Below are positions 18,141-28,009 of a stretch of 64,000 bases of DNA, in pieces. The position numbers were made by a program, and so were the translations under genes. The notes under the pieces are model-generated. The model did no database searches, was not told the origin of the DNA, and worked only from the letters and a program-made list of their open reading frames with translations. Positions within the stretch are counted from its first letter, which is position 1. Each line of letters starts with the position of its first letter. Source of the DNA: an uncultured Spirochaetota bacterium (GTDB lineage: Bacteria > Spirochaetota > Brevinematia > Brevinematales > JAOACQ01); assembly GCA_963783575.1 (NCBI GenBank), contig CAWAOD010000009.1:384001-448000 (forward strand), in the 5' to 3' direction.

Positions 18141-19830
18141 CAGACTGTGTGAAAACACAGTAAATATGCTATAATTATTAGAACAAAATAATCGGAGTAA
18201 AAGATGAAGCATATTGAGGGAGAATCAAGGGATCAGATAGTTCTGTTCAATGAAACACTGGAAGATCTGTTAGGAGAAGAAGATCCGGTAAGGTTTATAG
18301 ATATTTTTGTTGATAAGCTAAATATGAAAGGAGTTGGTTTTAAAGTAAAAGAAGCATCAACCGGCAGAAGTTCATATAAATCCGAAATACTTTTAAAAAT
18401 CTATATTTACGGATATTTGAATAAAATCAGGACAAGCAGGAAATTAGAGAGAGAGTGCCGAAGAAACACAGAGTTGATGTGGCTGACTGGACGACTAGCG
18501 CCGGATTTCAAGACGATTGCCGACTTCAGGAAAGATAATAAGAAGGGAATACAGTCGATATTCAGAGAATTTTTGAAGATATGTCATAAAGCCGGGCTTT
18601 TATCATTTGACGTTGTTGGAATTGATGGAACCAAGATCAGTGCGCAAAACCACAATAACAATGTTTATCATAGGAAAAACATAGAAGAAATCATACATAG
18701 AATAGATCAAAAGATCGAAGAATATTTGAATGAGATGGATAAGAACGATAAGGAAGAAAAGAATGAATTTGAATTTCTTTCCGGAAAGATAGCGGAACGT
18801 TTAAAGAAAATGAAAACAAAAAAGGATAAAGTTGAGGCTATTAAAAAGATTTTTGAGGGAAATCCTGAAATGGAGAAATATTATTCAAATGACCCGGAAA
18901 GCCGGTTTATGAATGATAAAGGGAAATCCGACATTGCATATAATCTGCAGATGGCAGTAGATGATGCGAATAAACTGATTGTGGTGATTGATGTGACGAA
19001 TGAAAACAATGATATCAAACAGATGGCAGGAATGTGTGACCGAGTAGAAGAAATAAAGGACGAGCTTAAGGTAGAGACTGAAACGGTCAAAGTATCGGAT
19101 GCCGGTTATTACAGCGAACCGCAGATACTGGAATGTATAGATAAGGGACATAACGTATATATGCCGAATCCGGATGACGGACATAAGGCAAGGATTCGAG
19201 GCAAAGAAGATAATAAAGGAGTACCTGCTGAAGAATACCAGGTTGATAAATTCAAATATGATCCGGGACAAAATGTTTATTATTGTCCGGAGGGAAACCC
19301 ATTAGTGAGAAATGGGAAAAAAGTAGAGAAGGTCAATGGAGGAAAAGAGATAGTCAGGTACAAGTGCGGCTTATGCAGCCAATGTGAAGTAAAAAATAAG
19401 TGTACTGAAAGCGTGGAAGGACGAAGTATCAAAGTACCAGTTAGAAAAGAAGAAATTGAGAACTTCAAGAGGAAAATTCGTTCTGAAGCCGGGAAAAAGA
19501 TCATAGAGAAAAGGAAAGAGATATGTGAACATCCATTTGGATCGATAAAAAGGAATATGGGTTACAGTTATTTTTTAATGAAGGGAAAGGATGGCGTTCT
19601 GACGGAATCCAGTTTGGCAGGATTCATTCATAATTTAATAAAAGTATTGAATATATTGGGAATAAAGAGACTTATGACTCTGGTTTGATGCTAATAAACC
19701 ATCGTTTATCGTATTCGGATAGATTTTTTAAACTAAGATTTTTTTAGCTTGAAAAATATATCAAAAAATGGAGTTTTTGTATAATTAATCGATTTTACTA
19801 TAAAATTTTACTGAGTTTTCACACAGTCTG
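18141..19830 (+). mobile_element. IS1182-family insertion sequence (different subgroup), inserted in a REP-like palindrome
   Basis: IRs CAGACTGTGTGAAAAC / GTTTTCACACAGTCTG; CAG target duplication at 18138-18140 and 19831-19833. Confidence 0.9.
18204..19688 (+). CDS. IS1182-family transposase (intact)
   Basis: GRSSY, PDFKTIADFRKDN, IDGTKI, SDAGYYS and EHPFGSIK motifs. Confidence 0.95.
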   Translation: MKHIEGESRDQIVLFNETLEDLLGEEDPVRFIDIFVDKLNMKGVGFKVKEASTGRSSYKSEILLKIYIYGYLNKIRTSRKLERECRRNTELMWLTGRLAPDFKTIADFRKDNKKGIQSIFREFLKICHKAGLLSFDVVGIDGTKISAQNHNNNVYHRKNIEEIIHRIDQKIEEYLNEMDKNDKEEKNEFEFLSGKIAERLKKMKTKKDKVEAIKKIFEGNPEMEKYYSNDPESRFMNDKGKSDIAYNLQMAVDDANKLIVVIDVTNENNDIKQMAGMCDRVEEIKDELKVETETVKVSDAGYYSEPQILECIDKGHNVYMPNPDDGHKARIRGKEDNKGVPAEEYQVDKFKYDPGQNVYYCPEGNPLVRNGKKVEKVNGGKEIVRYKCGLCSQCEVKNKCTESVEGRSIKVPVRKEEIENFKRKIRSEAGKKIIEKRKEICEHPFGSIKRNMGYSYFLMKGKDGVLTESSLAGFIHNLIKVLNILGIKRLMTLV

Positions 19831-19944
19831 CAGGCTCAGGGTACAGGGATCACCTCACAAAATAGATCATTTCGTAAGTTGATCCATATAGAAACTTTAA
19901 GGTCAACCAAAAATTAAAATTTTCAACTTTTTTATCTTACTTTC

Positions 19945-21338
19945 TTATACTCTTTTCCATACAACCCCATCTTTGGTGTCCCTTATCTCAACTCCTCCGG
20001 AAAGCAGTTTTGCCCTGATCTCGTCAGCCCTTTTGTAATCCTTATTAAGTTTCGCTTTCGTTCTTTCTTCGATAAATTTTTTTTCTTCTTTAGATAATTC
20101 ATCCATTTTTTTGTCTATTACAAATCCCAGCACGGAATCTATATTATCAATAAAATCAAGGGTCTCACTTGCGTTTTCCTGCGTGATTGAATCCCATCTT
20201 TCATAATAAAGATTAATAATTTCAAAAATTGCGGCAATTGCTTCGGCAATATTCAAATCTTCATCCATTGAGGCTTCGAACTTTTCAGAGAGTCCCCGGA
20301 ACTTATTTGATACTACAATGTCTTTTTTACCATTTTTTTTATTGTTTTTTAATGCGAAAACAAACTCATCCAGCCTTTTTAAGGAAGAATCAGCCTGCTT
20401 CAAAAGATCGAATGAAAAATTCAATATTTTTCTGTAATGTGTTGTAAGCAGGGCATATCTCAGGGAACGCGGCGAAAATCCTTTTTCAATTAAATCCTGA
20501 AGCGTAAAGTAATTTCCCTTTGATTTCGACATCTTCTCACCGTTTACTATTAAAAATTCATTATGAATCCAATAATTTACAAATTTTTTCCCTGTCGCGG
20601 CCTCGCTCTGCGCTATTTCGTTAGTATGATGCGGGAAGATCAAATCCACTCCGCCCGAATGAATGTCAAGCGTTTCACCCAGGTATTTCATGTCATTGCC
20701 GAGCATTCGATATGCCATCCCGGCCTTCCGGCGCCGAATGGGGCTTCCCATTTTACATCGCCGTCTGCCGTGTCCCATTTTTTCCACAGGGCAAAATCAG
20801 CAATGTTTTCCTTCGTATATTCGTCGCTTGCATGCCTTCCCCCAGCCCCGGCTTTAAGTGAATCATGCTCCAGATTGGCCAGTTCACCATAGTTTTTAAA
20901 AGCCGAAATTTTAAAGTAAATCCCGTCGCCGGTTTCATATGCAAAGCCTTTATCCAGAAGAGTCCGGATAAGCGAGGTCATTTCCGGTATGTGATCCGTT
21001 GCCGCCGGATAATGTTCCGCCGGACGGATATTGAGTATCATGAGGCCTTCAAAGTAAATTTTTTTGTAAAAATCAGTATATTCTTGGATATTTTTATTCT
21101 GCTTGATAGAATTCGAAATTATTTTATCATCAACATCCGTCAGGTTCATAATGTGATGGACATTTAAGCCCCTATACTTCAGCCATCGGCAAAGCAGGTC
21201 GGTAACCAGCGGAGGCCTGTAATTCCCGATATGAGGATAATTGTAAACAGTTGGACCACATGTATAGATTGACACCTCCCCGGGTTTTATAGGAATAAAA
21301 TCTTCCAGCCTTCTGGATAATGTATTGTAAATCCGCAT
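19945..21338 (-). CDS. cysS: Cysteine--tRNA ligase (one frameshift near 20695, probably an assembly error)
   Basis: YTCGPTVY, HIGN, GRPGWHIECSAM, DIHSGGVDLIFPHH and KMSKS motifs across two frames. Confidence 0.9.
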
Positions 21339-21515
21339 AACCGCTCAATCCTCCAATTATATAATAAAATCCGATTTATTTTAAAGAATCAAATATAGGC
21401 AGTTCCATTGGATAAAAAGTGTAGTTTAAAGAAGGTTTTTGAACTGACCATATTATAATATGAAACTTGATTATAATAAAATTTTTATAATTCCTGAGTT
21501 ATGATTGAAATTTTG

Positions 21516-21630
21516 CAATTATCTGTAGCTAATTTTCAATTATCTGTAGCTAATTTTCAATTATCTGTAGCTAATTTTCAATTATCTGTAGCTAATTTTC
21601 AATTATCTGTAGCTAATTTTGCAATTATCT
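21516..21630. repeat. Tandem repeat, 5.4 x 21 bp CAATTATCTGTAGCTAATTTT
   Basis: Five exact copies at 21516-21620 plus a partial copy; no spacers. Confidence 0.95.
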
Positions 21631-21686
21631 TGGTCATTATCTAAAATCTATTATTCTTAAATTCAATTTTTTATCCGGATAATGTC

Positions 21687-22511
21687 ATGAATTTAATAAA
21701 TAAGAACCTTAAGCCGGGGAAATGGAAAGTCGAAGCCAAACGGATGGCAGCCGGCATCAGGCGGAATGTGCTTGAGCAGACTATCAATAATAACTGCGGT
21801 TACTTGAGCCAGGCCTGCTCTTCAGCAGAAATTATTGCCACCCTTTTTGTGAAAATTGTAAAGTTTGATAGTGACCGTTTTTTCTTTTCTTCCAGGCACT
21901 ATGGACAGGTAATTTACAACGCTGTTCTTGAGGCCGGAATAATAAATAAAGATTCTTTTGATCCGTTCGGGAAATCGAGTTCCGGTATTGAAACTGCCTC
22001 TTATGGAAATATACGGGAGATAGCTGATTTTACAGGGAAATTATATAAGGATTTAGGCCAGGCTTGTGGCGTAGCTATGATCCGGAAGCTTAAAGGCGAA
22101 AATGGACGGGTAATTCTTTTTATGCATAGCGGGGAATTCGGGAATGGGGAAACCTGGGATTCAGTTCAAACTATGGCTTTTCACAACCTTGAAAATATGC
22201 TCATTTTCATAGATATGAACGGTTATCAAATTAAAGATAATAATACATCAGCAGTAGATATAGAATCGCTTGAAATAAAGCTTGCTTCGTTTGGCGCAAA
22301 GGTCTACCGTATTTATGGTCATAATTTGAATATTTTAGCGGAAACGGCTGAATATTCGCCGGAAGGCAGGCCTGTATTTGTCATTGCCGATACCGATCCC
22401 TGTCATGGACTTGATATGCTGCGTTCAAGGTATCCTGATTTTCATTATTTTTGTTTCAATAATGAAGATGAAAAGAATTTGTACCGCAATCTGCTTAAGC
22501 ATTTTAAGTGA
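21687..22511 (+). CDS. Transketolase N-terminal-like subunit (degenerate)
   Basis: GYLSQACSSAE, DRFFFS.RHY and LGQACGVA motifs; the GDGE-type motif is replaced by HSGEF. Confidence 0.75.
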   Translation: MNLINKNLKPGKWKVEAKRMAAGIRRNVLEQTINNNCGYLSQACSSAEIIATLFVKIVKFDSDRFFFSSRHYGQVIYNAVLEAGIINKDSFDPFGKSSSGIETASYGNIREIADFTGKLYKDLGQACGVAMIRKLKGENGRVILFMHSGEFGNGETWDSVQTMAFHNLENMLIFIDMNGYQIKDNNTSAVDIESLEIKLASFGAKVYRIYGHNLNILAETAEYSPEGRPVFVIADTDPCHGLDMLRSRYPDFHYFCFNNEDEKNLYRNLLKHFK

Positions 22512-23482
22512 GTATGCTTATGGAAACCTTTCCTATGACATATGCCGTTAATCTGCTGGATTGGGCAAGAGATAAACCGGAAGTAGTCGTATTATCTTAT
22601 GGAATAAATGGTTTTAAGGAAACCGGTCTTTTCAGCAAGGAATATCCGGATCGTTTTCTCGAACTTAAAATCACCGGGAAAAATTTGATTTCGATTGCCT
22701 ATGGTATTGCCGGAGAAGGATATATTCCAATTATTCATACCTCAACGAATATAATATTCCACAATGCATTTGGGGAGCTGGCGGCATCCGCCGCCGGTTC
22801 AAAAGTACCGTTAAGAATAATTGGTTTCCCTCCCGATAATGGCGGCTCCAAAGAGGCGGAATTTGATATTTCAGTAATACGGACAATACCGGATATGACT
22901 GTGATCGAATGCTGCGATGCTACCGATATTGAGTGTGTTCTGCATGTCGCTCATACGGTTAAAGGCCCAGTATACATAAGAATGATCTCCGGCGATATTC
23001 CAAGGCTCTTTCCAAGAAATATTCCGATGTGCATCGGTGAACCGCGTTTTCTATCAGAAGGCAATGATATAGCTGTCTTTTCCTGCGGTATCTGCACGGG
23101 TGAAGCTATGACGGCTGTCAATGAACTTAAAAAAACCGGGATATTTGCATTTCATCTGCACATCAGCACATTGAAGCCTTTTCCAGCAGACAATGATCAG
23201 AAAAAGAAATTGCTTGATATTATAAATAATGTAAAATATGGAGTAATTACAGTTGAAAATCATCCCATAACCGGCGGTCTTGGAAGTATTGTCGCCGAAT
23301 TAATGGCAGAATCAGGTATTGGTAAAAGACTTTACAGGTTAGGTTTACCTGATGTTTTTATCAATAATTCCGGCAGTAGGAATTTAATAAAACAATATGG
23401 GCTTGATGCCATCTCGATCATACGTCTGATTGAAAAGATTCTTCATACCACGCTTGGAATCGATGGGGATGATCTGAAGTGA
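22508..23482 (+). CDS. Transketolase C-terminal-like subunit (degenerate)
   Basis: YPDRF, GPVYIRM, STLKPF and TVENH..TGGLGS motifs. Confidence 0.8.
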   Translation: MSMLMETFPMTYAVNLLDWARDKPEVVVLSYGINGFKETGLFSKEYPDRFLELKITGKNLISIAYGIAGEGYIPIIHTSTNIIFHNAFGELAASAAGSKVPLRIIGFPPDNGGSKEAEFDISVIRTIPDMTVIECCDATDIECVLHVAHTVKGPVYIRMISGDIPRLFPRNIPMCIGEPRFLSEGNDIAVFSCGICTGEAMTAVNELKKTGIFAFHLHISTLKPFPADNDQKKKLLDIINNVKYGVITVENHPITGGLGSIVAELMAESGIGKRLYRLGLPDVFINNSGSRNLIKQYGLDAISIIRLIEKILHTTLGIDGDDLK

Positions 23483-23553
23483 GTACTAGGCATGGATAAA
23501 TTGAGAGGAATTATGATCGGATTAAGCCTTACACTTGTTAAAAGGGGAAGGTT

Positions 23554-25152
23554 ATGAGTGAAGAGGAATTGAAGCAAAAAATTATTGATCTGGAAAAAGA
23601 CTTAACTGAAAAGAACAATTATATTGTTCATCTTGAAAAAATGAATAATGCTTACAGCATCCTTTCAGATATGTTCAATAATGAATTAAAGGAAGCTGAC
23701 CGTATATTAAAGGCACAGGAAATTTTGCAGGATTTAATGATCAAGGAAAGAATTGAAGCTGATCAAACAATCAAAGCTCATGAAAATCTTGAATTATTGA
23801 CAACCTATGAAAAAATCCAGGCTGACCAGATAATTAAGGCTCATGAAAACCTTGAAGAATACAGCATACAGGAAAAAATAGAAATGGACCGTATGTTAAA
23901 AGCACAGGAAATTACAAATAAGTTATCAATGGAGGAACTGGTAGAAAGAGACAAGGCTCTTTCTCATATTCTGGAAGTTAATAAGAACATAAGTATGTTT
24001 CTTGAAGAGAATATTTTACTGAAGAATATATTGTATAGTCTTGCCGGCATTGTCCATGCTCAAAGAGGGATTTTATTCCTCAGGGAAAAAAATCTATTAA
24101 TTCCAAGACTTCTTTTAAATATGAGCAGGGATGAATTAAAAAAGGATTATTTTCTGGATTCTTTTAAAATAATAAAGGATACTATCCAGAAAAGAAAAAG
24201 CTGTCTGGTTGTTAATCAAAAAATAGAGCTGCAGGATGATAATACAATCACCAATCAGCCTGTCAATATTTCTATAATCAGCTCCCCCCTTATTTATAAA
24301 GACAATATCCTAGGAATTTTATATATTGATATTCTGTCAAATTCAGAAAATTTCAAAGAGCGTGACCTTTCCCTAGTTGAAATTTTCTGTTCGCAAGCTT
24401 CTATTTCTATTAATAATTCGATTTTATACAAAGAAATTAAAAAAAAGAACAATCAGCTTTTAAAATTGATCAATTTCCGGGATCAATTTATTATGCACCT
24501 CTCCGATGATTTGAGCCGTCCTCTGGTAAATATCCGCGATCAGCTTGAAAAAGCCATTAACGATAAAAAAGACGACCCTGATGAAAGGAACGGCTTAATT
24601 GCCCTTACGGTATCTAAACTTAGCAGGATTCAGAATACCATATCTAAAGTATTGACGACAATATCGCTGGAAGAGGAAGTGGAAAGGTTATTTAAAGATA
24701 ATATTAATTTTAATGAGACCATTTCGCATATATTTAATAAGCATAACAGCGTCATTAAACAAAAAAATTTAACCATCTCAATAAAAATGCAGCCGGAATT
24801 CAATTCTTTCAAAGCCAATAGCCTGGTTATTAAAGTAATTCTTGATGAATTGATAAGTAACGCCGTTTATTATAACAGACCCGGGGGAAAGATCGATATA
24901 ATAGGCGAGGTTAATGATCAATATTTATCGATTGATATTATTGATACCGGTTACGGGATAAAAAATGAAGATATTGATAAAATATTCGAAAAATTTTACA
25001 GAACAGCAAATTCTGCATATTTGAACGAAAACGGCGCAGGGCTTGGATTATTTATGGTGAAAGAATCAATCAGGCATTATGGAGGAAAAATCTCGGTTAG
25101 CAGCGTTTATCAGGAAGGAAGCAAATTCACCATAAGTTTTTTAATGCATTAA
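23554..25152 (+). CDS. Cytoplasmic GAF-domain sensor histidine kinase-like protein with coiled-coil repeats
   Basis: GAF (PLIYKDNILGILYID); N box ELISNAVYYN; G1 DTGYGI; F box IFEKFYR; G2 GAGLGL. Confidence 0.85.
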   Translation: MSEEELKQKIIDLEKDLTEKNNYIVHLEKMNNAYSILSDMFNNELKEADRILKAQEILQDLMIKERIEADQTIKAHENLELLTTYEKIQADQIIKAHENLEEYSIQEKIEMDRMLKAQEITNKLSMEELVERDKALSHILEVNKNISMFLEENILLKNILYSLAGIVHAQRGILFLREKNLLIPRLLLNMSRDELKKDYFLDSFKIIKDTIQKRKSCLVVNQKIELQDDNTITNQPVNISIISSPLIYKDNILGILYIDILSNSENFKERDLSLVEIFCSQASISINNSILYKEIKKKNNQLLKLINFRDQFIMHLSDDLSRPLVNIRDQLEKAINDKKDDPDERNGLIALTVSKLSRIQNTISKVLTTISLEEEVERLFKDNINFNETISHIFNKHNSVIKQKNLTISIKMQPEFNSFKANSLVIKVILDELISNAVYYNRPGGKIDIIGEVNDQYLSIDIIDTGYGIKNEDIDKIFEKFYRTANSAYLNENGAGLGLFMVKESIRHYGGKISVSSVYQEGSKFTISFLMH

Positions 25153-25253
25153 CAAGCGTTCCGCTTGACCGTTATGAAAATCAATGCAAGATATATCATT
25201 AATTGAATACTGTTCAAGGCTATTAATATATGGATCCAGCATCATACTGCCAT

Positions 25254-26024
25254 TTAATTTAATAAAAAATTTTTAGCATTATTCAGCTCTTCTTCGCTTA
25301 ATGGCAGTAATCCCGAATCCCGCGGCGGTTTATTGATAGTAAGGATGTCTATTCTTTCAGGGGCTAATTTTTTATAGCATGCCTTTAATGCCGTTAGTTC
25401 TTCCAAAGAAGAATTATTAATTCTTCCCTTTACAAGCATTGTCTGGATTGTCTTATTCCTGAGGCCGCGAGCCGCCTCAAGCCATTCCCGCAGATTTACG
25501 TCGAACCCCGGCCTTGCTATTTTTTTCCATGTTTCATTAACTCCGGAATCAAGTTTAAGGCAGGGCCTGTCGGTCTTTTCCAGCGCTTTTTGAAATTCAA
25601 TGTGATTTGAATTAATTACAGGCAGAAGTCCCATACCATTGGTTAAAACAGTGATTTTTGTTTCTTTAATATCTTTATTGCTTAAACAGCCGTTTCTCAA
25701 CTCGATAAGAGATTCAATTATCCCGGGAAAATCAGGATTATCCGTCGGTTCGCCGTTTCCGGCTATTGTCCAGTCTGCAATATTATTAAGGTGGTATTCA
25801 AGAAGTCTTTTGATCAAAGCGATTTTAACCATTTCGGCATCAGGTAAACTGTTTATAATTTCTTTTTGATAACCATTACCCTGGTTTCCGCCGCGAAAAC
25901 AGTATGGGCAGTTAAACGAACAGTATTTACCGTTTCCGGAGATGTTTATTCCCAGGGATAGACCGAACCGCCTGGATTGAACCGGACCATATATAATTCC
26001 CGAAACAAGATTCTGGTTAATCAT
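25254..26024 (-). CDS. Radical SAM protein
   Basis: YGPVQSRRFGLSLGIN, CxxxCxxC (CSFNCPYC) and GNGEPT motifs. Confidence 0.9.
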   Translation of the reverse strand: MINQNLVSGIIYGPVQSRRFGLSLGINISGNGKYCSFNCPYCFRGGNQGNGYQKEIINSLPDAEMVKIALIKRLLEYHLNNIADWTIAGNGEPTDNPDFPGIIESLIELRNGCLSNKDIKETKITVLTNGMGLLPVINSNHIEFQKALEKTDRPCLKLDSGVNETWKKIARPGFDVNLREWLEAARGLRNKTIQTMLVKGRINNSSLEELTALKACYKKLAPERIDILTINKPPRDSGLLPLSEEELNNAKNFLLN

Positions 26025-26034
26025 TTTTCCACCT

Positions 26035-26754
26035 CTATCTTTTTAAAATATATATCACCCAGGGGGAAATTTCAGTTTCTTTAATCCAGTTATATGGTTC
26101 ATTTGATCTCCCAAGTGGCCTGTAAGTTTCCTCCAATTCAAGCCCGGATTTCCGGAATAATTCCAGGTAATCGTTATGGAACCAGATAACATCCTCCACC
26201 GGTCTTTTATCCTCAACATCTTTCATAATAACCCTTACTTTATCCCCGCTTTTTGCTTTTTTATTTTCGGGAAAATCTATTGTGGAGAAGGATGCCCATT
26301 CATTACAGTAACTTTCCGGCGTTGAGTCAAGAAGCAGAATCATACCGCCATTATTAATTAAATTCCCAAGACCATTTAATATTTTGATCCTATTTTCCCT
26401 GCCTGGTATATTATCGAAAGTAAAAATCGACGTTACCAGATCAAAACCATTTATTTCAAATTGACTGTAATCACCGTCGCTTATTTGATAATATTCGCCG
26501 GAAGGATCAATTTTTCTGGCTTTATTAATCATTTCCGGAGAAATATCGATACCGGCCGCATCAAAACCTGATCTTTTAATAAACCTTGTCGATCTTCCCG
26601 CCCCGCAGCCGAAATCTATCGCTTTTCTTCCCCTGGCATGTTTTTGCAAAATTTCGGGAATGTCTCTGTAAGCCAGATAATAGGTATTAGGAAATTCAAG
26701 TTTTGAGTAAGAATCGGCTCGGAATGGGTCTTCATAGACATTGGAAAAATTCAT
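26035..26754 (-). CDS. Class I SAM-dependent methyltransferase
   Basis: DFGCGAG and GIDISPEM motifs. Confidence 0.9.
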   Translation of the reverse strand: MNFSNVYEDPFRADSYSKLEFPNTYYLAYRDIPEILQKHARGRKAIDFGCGAGRSTRFIKRSGFDAAGIDISPEMINKARKIDPSGEYYQISDGDYSQFEINGFDLVTSIFTFDNIPGRENRIKILNGLGNLINNGGMILLLDSTPESYCNEWASFSTIDFPENKKAKSGDKVRVIMKDVEDKRPVEDVIWFHNDYLELFRKSGLELEETYRPLGRSNEPYNWIKETEISPWVIYILKR

Positions 26755-26768
26755 AATTAACACTCCTT

Positions 26769-27533
26769 TTACCATTTTTTCATTGCTTTCAACATTTCTT
26801 TGTAAATTTCCGGTAAAACGGAATTTAAATAATTCACACCGGCTTCGCTCGAACCTCCCGGGTGGGCCACCCTTTGAACTATTTCAATGGAATCTATTTT
26901 ATCAAGTTCCTGAAGATGTATTGTCCCCAGAACCGTTTCCATCATCAATTTGCGGCAAAATTCAATGCCGAAGTCATGCCGCCTGCCGAGGGTATCGGCA
27001 AACAATTCAAGCATAGTCGAGTATAAGGCCGGGCCGCAGCTCGAAATTGCAGAATATAAGTGCAGGTCTTCACCGGAAACTTCATGGATGGTTCCGGTCA
27101 GTCTTAAAATATCATTAATAATTTGCCTGTCACTTTCACTCAGATTTGAAGCGTAATGAATAATGGTAGCGCCAAAACCGGCGGCCATGTTGACATTTGG
27201 AAGGCATTCGGCCCATCGCGGCGTGTAGCCGGCAAGGGGAACGCCTGTTGTACAGCTTACAATAACTGGCAGCCGCCTGCCTATAATGCCTGAGTTGCGT
27301 TCCAGAACTTCCTGTGCATCACTGCCTTTTGTCCAGAGAAATATTATATCGCAAAGCTCGAATATTTCGGTTTCGGAATCGCGAAGACTCAAACTGCCCG
27401 CCTGTCTGACTGCAGTCTTGCCTTTTTCTTTATCGCGGCTGAAACCATAGATTAATTCCACTTTTTTCGACCTGTCAAGGCCGCGCGCCAGTGCCAGCCC
27501 CAGCCTTCCAAGCCCGATAATTCCAATCTGCAT
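26769..27533 (-). CDS. Pyrroline-5-carboxylate reductase-like protein
   Basis: GIIGLGRLG Rossmann motif; PNV, SSCGPA and VAHPGG motifs. Confidence 0.75.
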   Translation of the reverse strand: MQIGIIGLGRLGLALARGLDRSKKVELIYGFSRDKEKGKTAVRQAGSLSLRDSETEIFELCDIIFLWTKGSDAQEVLERNSGIIGRRLPVIVSCTTGVPLAGYTPRWAECLPNVNMAAGFGATIIHYASNLSESDRQIINDILRLTGTIHEVSGEDLHLYSAISSCGPALYSTMLELFADTLGRRHDFGIEFCRKLMMETVLGTIHLQELDKIDSIEIVQRVAHPGGSSEAGVNYLNSVLPEIYKEMLKAMKKW

Positions 27534-27555
27534 AATTTAAACCTCTTGTTTAAAT

Positions 27556-27996
27556 TTATCTTTGAGGACGCGGGTTCCTTATTTCCATCCACTTTTCGGG
27601 GTTCTGAACCGGTTTAAACCCGGATTTCGAGTATAAATAATGGGCGTCGGATGTTATCAACAGCCATTGGTAAATATCTTTCATTCCGGGATGGTTCAGG
27701 ATAAAATCTATCATGCCTTTTCCAATCCCTTTTTCCCTGTGTTTCTCATCCACATAAACATCCAGAATATACGCGAAACGGATTTTATCGGATATCACCC
27801 TTGAATAGCCGGTCTGCAAACCTTCCTGTGTAAACGCCCCCACAACCAGTGCCGAGTTTTCGGCGCCTTTAACAACTTCTTCCCTGCCGATGCCCTTACT
27901 CCAGTATGCTTCTTTAAGCATTTCGGTGATTCGTTCGAAATCCATTTTTTTTATTTCATCGCCTATTATGTATCCTGAATTTAATTTTATTTCCAT
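27556..27996 (-). CDS. GNAT family N-acetyltransferase
   Basis: AYW, FAYILDVYV...REKGIGK and DAHYLYSKSGF motifs. Confidence 0.9.
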   Translation of the reverse strand: MEIKLNSGYIIGDEIKKMDFERITEMLKEAYWSKGIGREEVVKGAENSALVVGAFTQEGLQTGYSRVISDKIRFAYILDVYVDEKHREKGIGKGMIDFILNHPGMKDIYQWLLITSDAHYLYSKSGFKPVQNPEKWMEIRNPRPQR

Positions 27997-28009
27997 AAAT
28001 GCACTCCTT

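Noticed and set aside
1..19900. Integron integrase, prophage or plasmid genes
   Set aside because: No tyrosine recombinase, phage structural or replication ORFs are recognisable in the ORF track.
20663..20892. Short antisense or overlapping ORFs here and throughout the ORF track
   Set aside because: They are shadows of well-supported genes on the other strand or frame.
21516..21630. Possible CRISPR array
   Set aside because: The repeats are directly adjacent with no spacers, and no cas genes are present.
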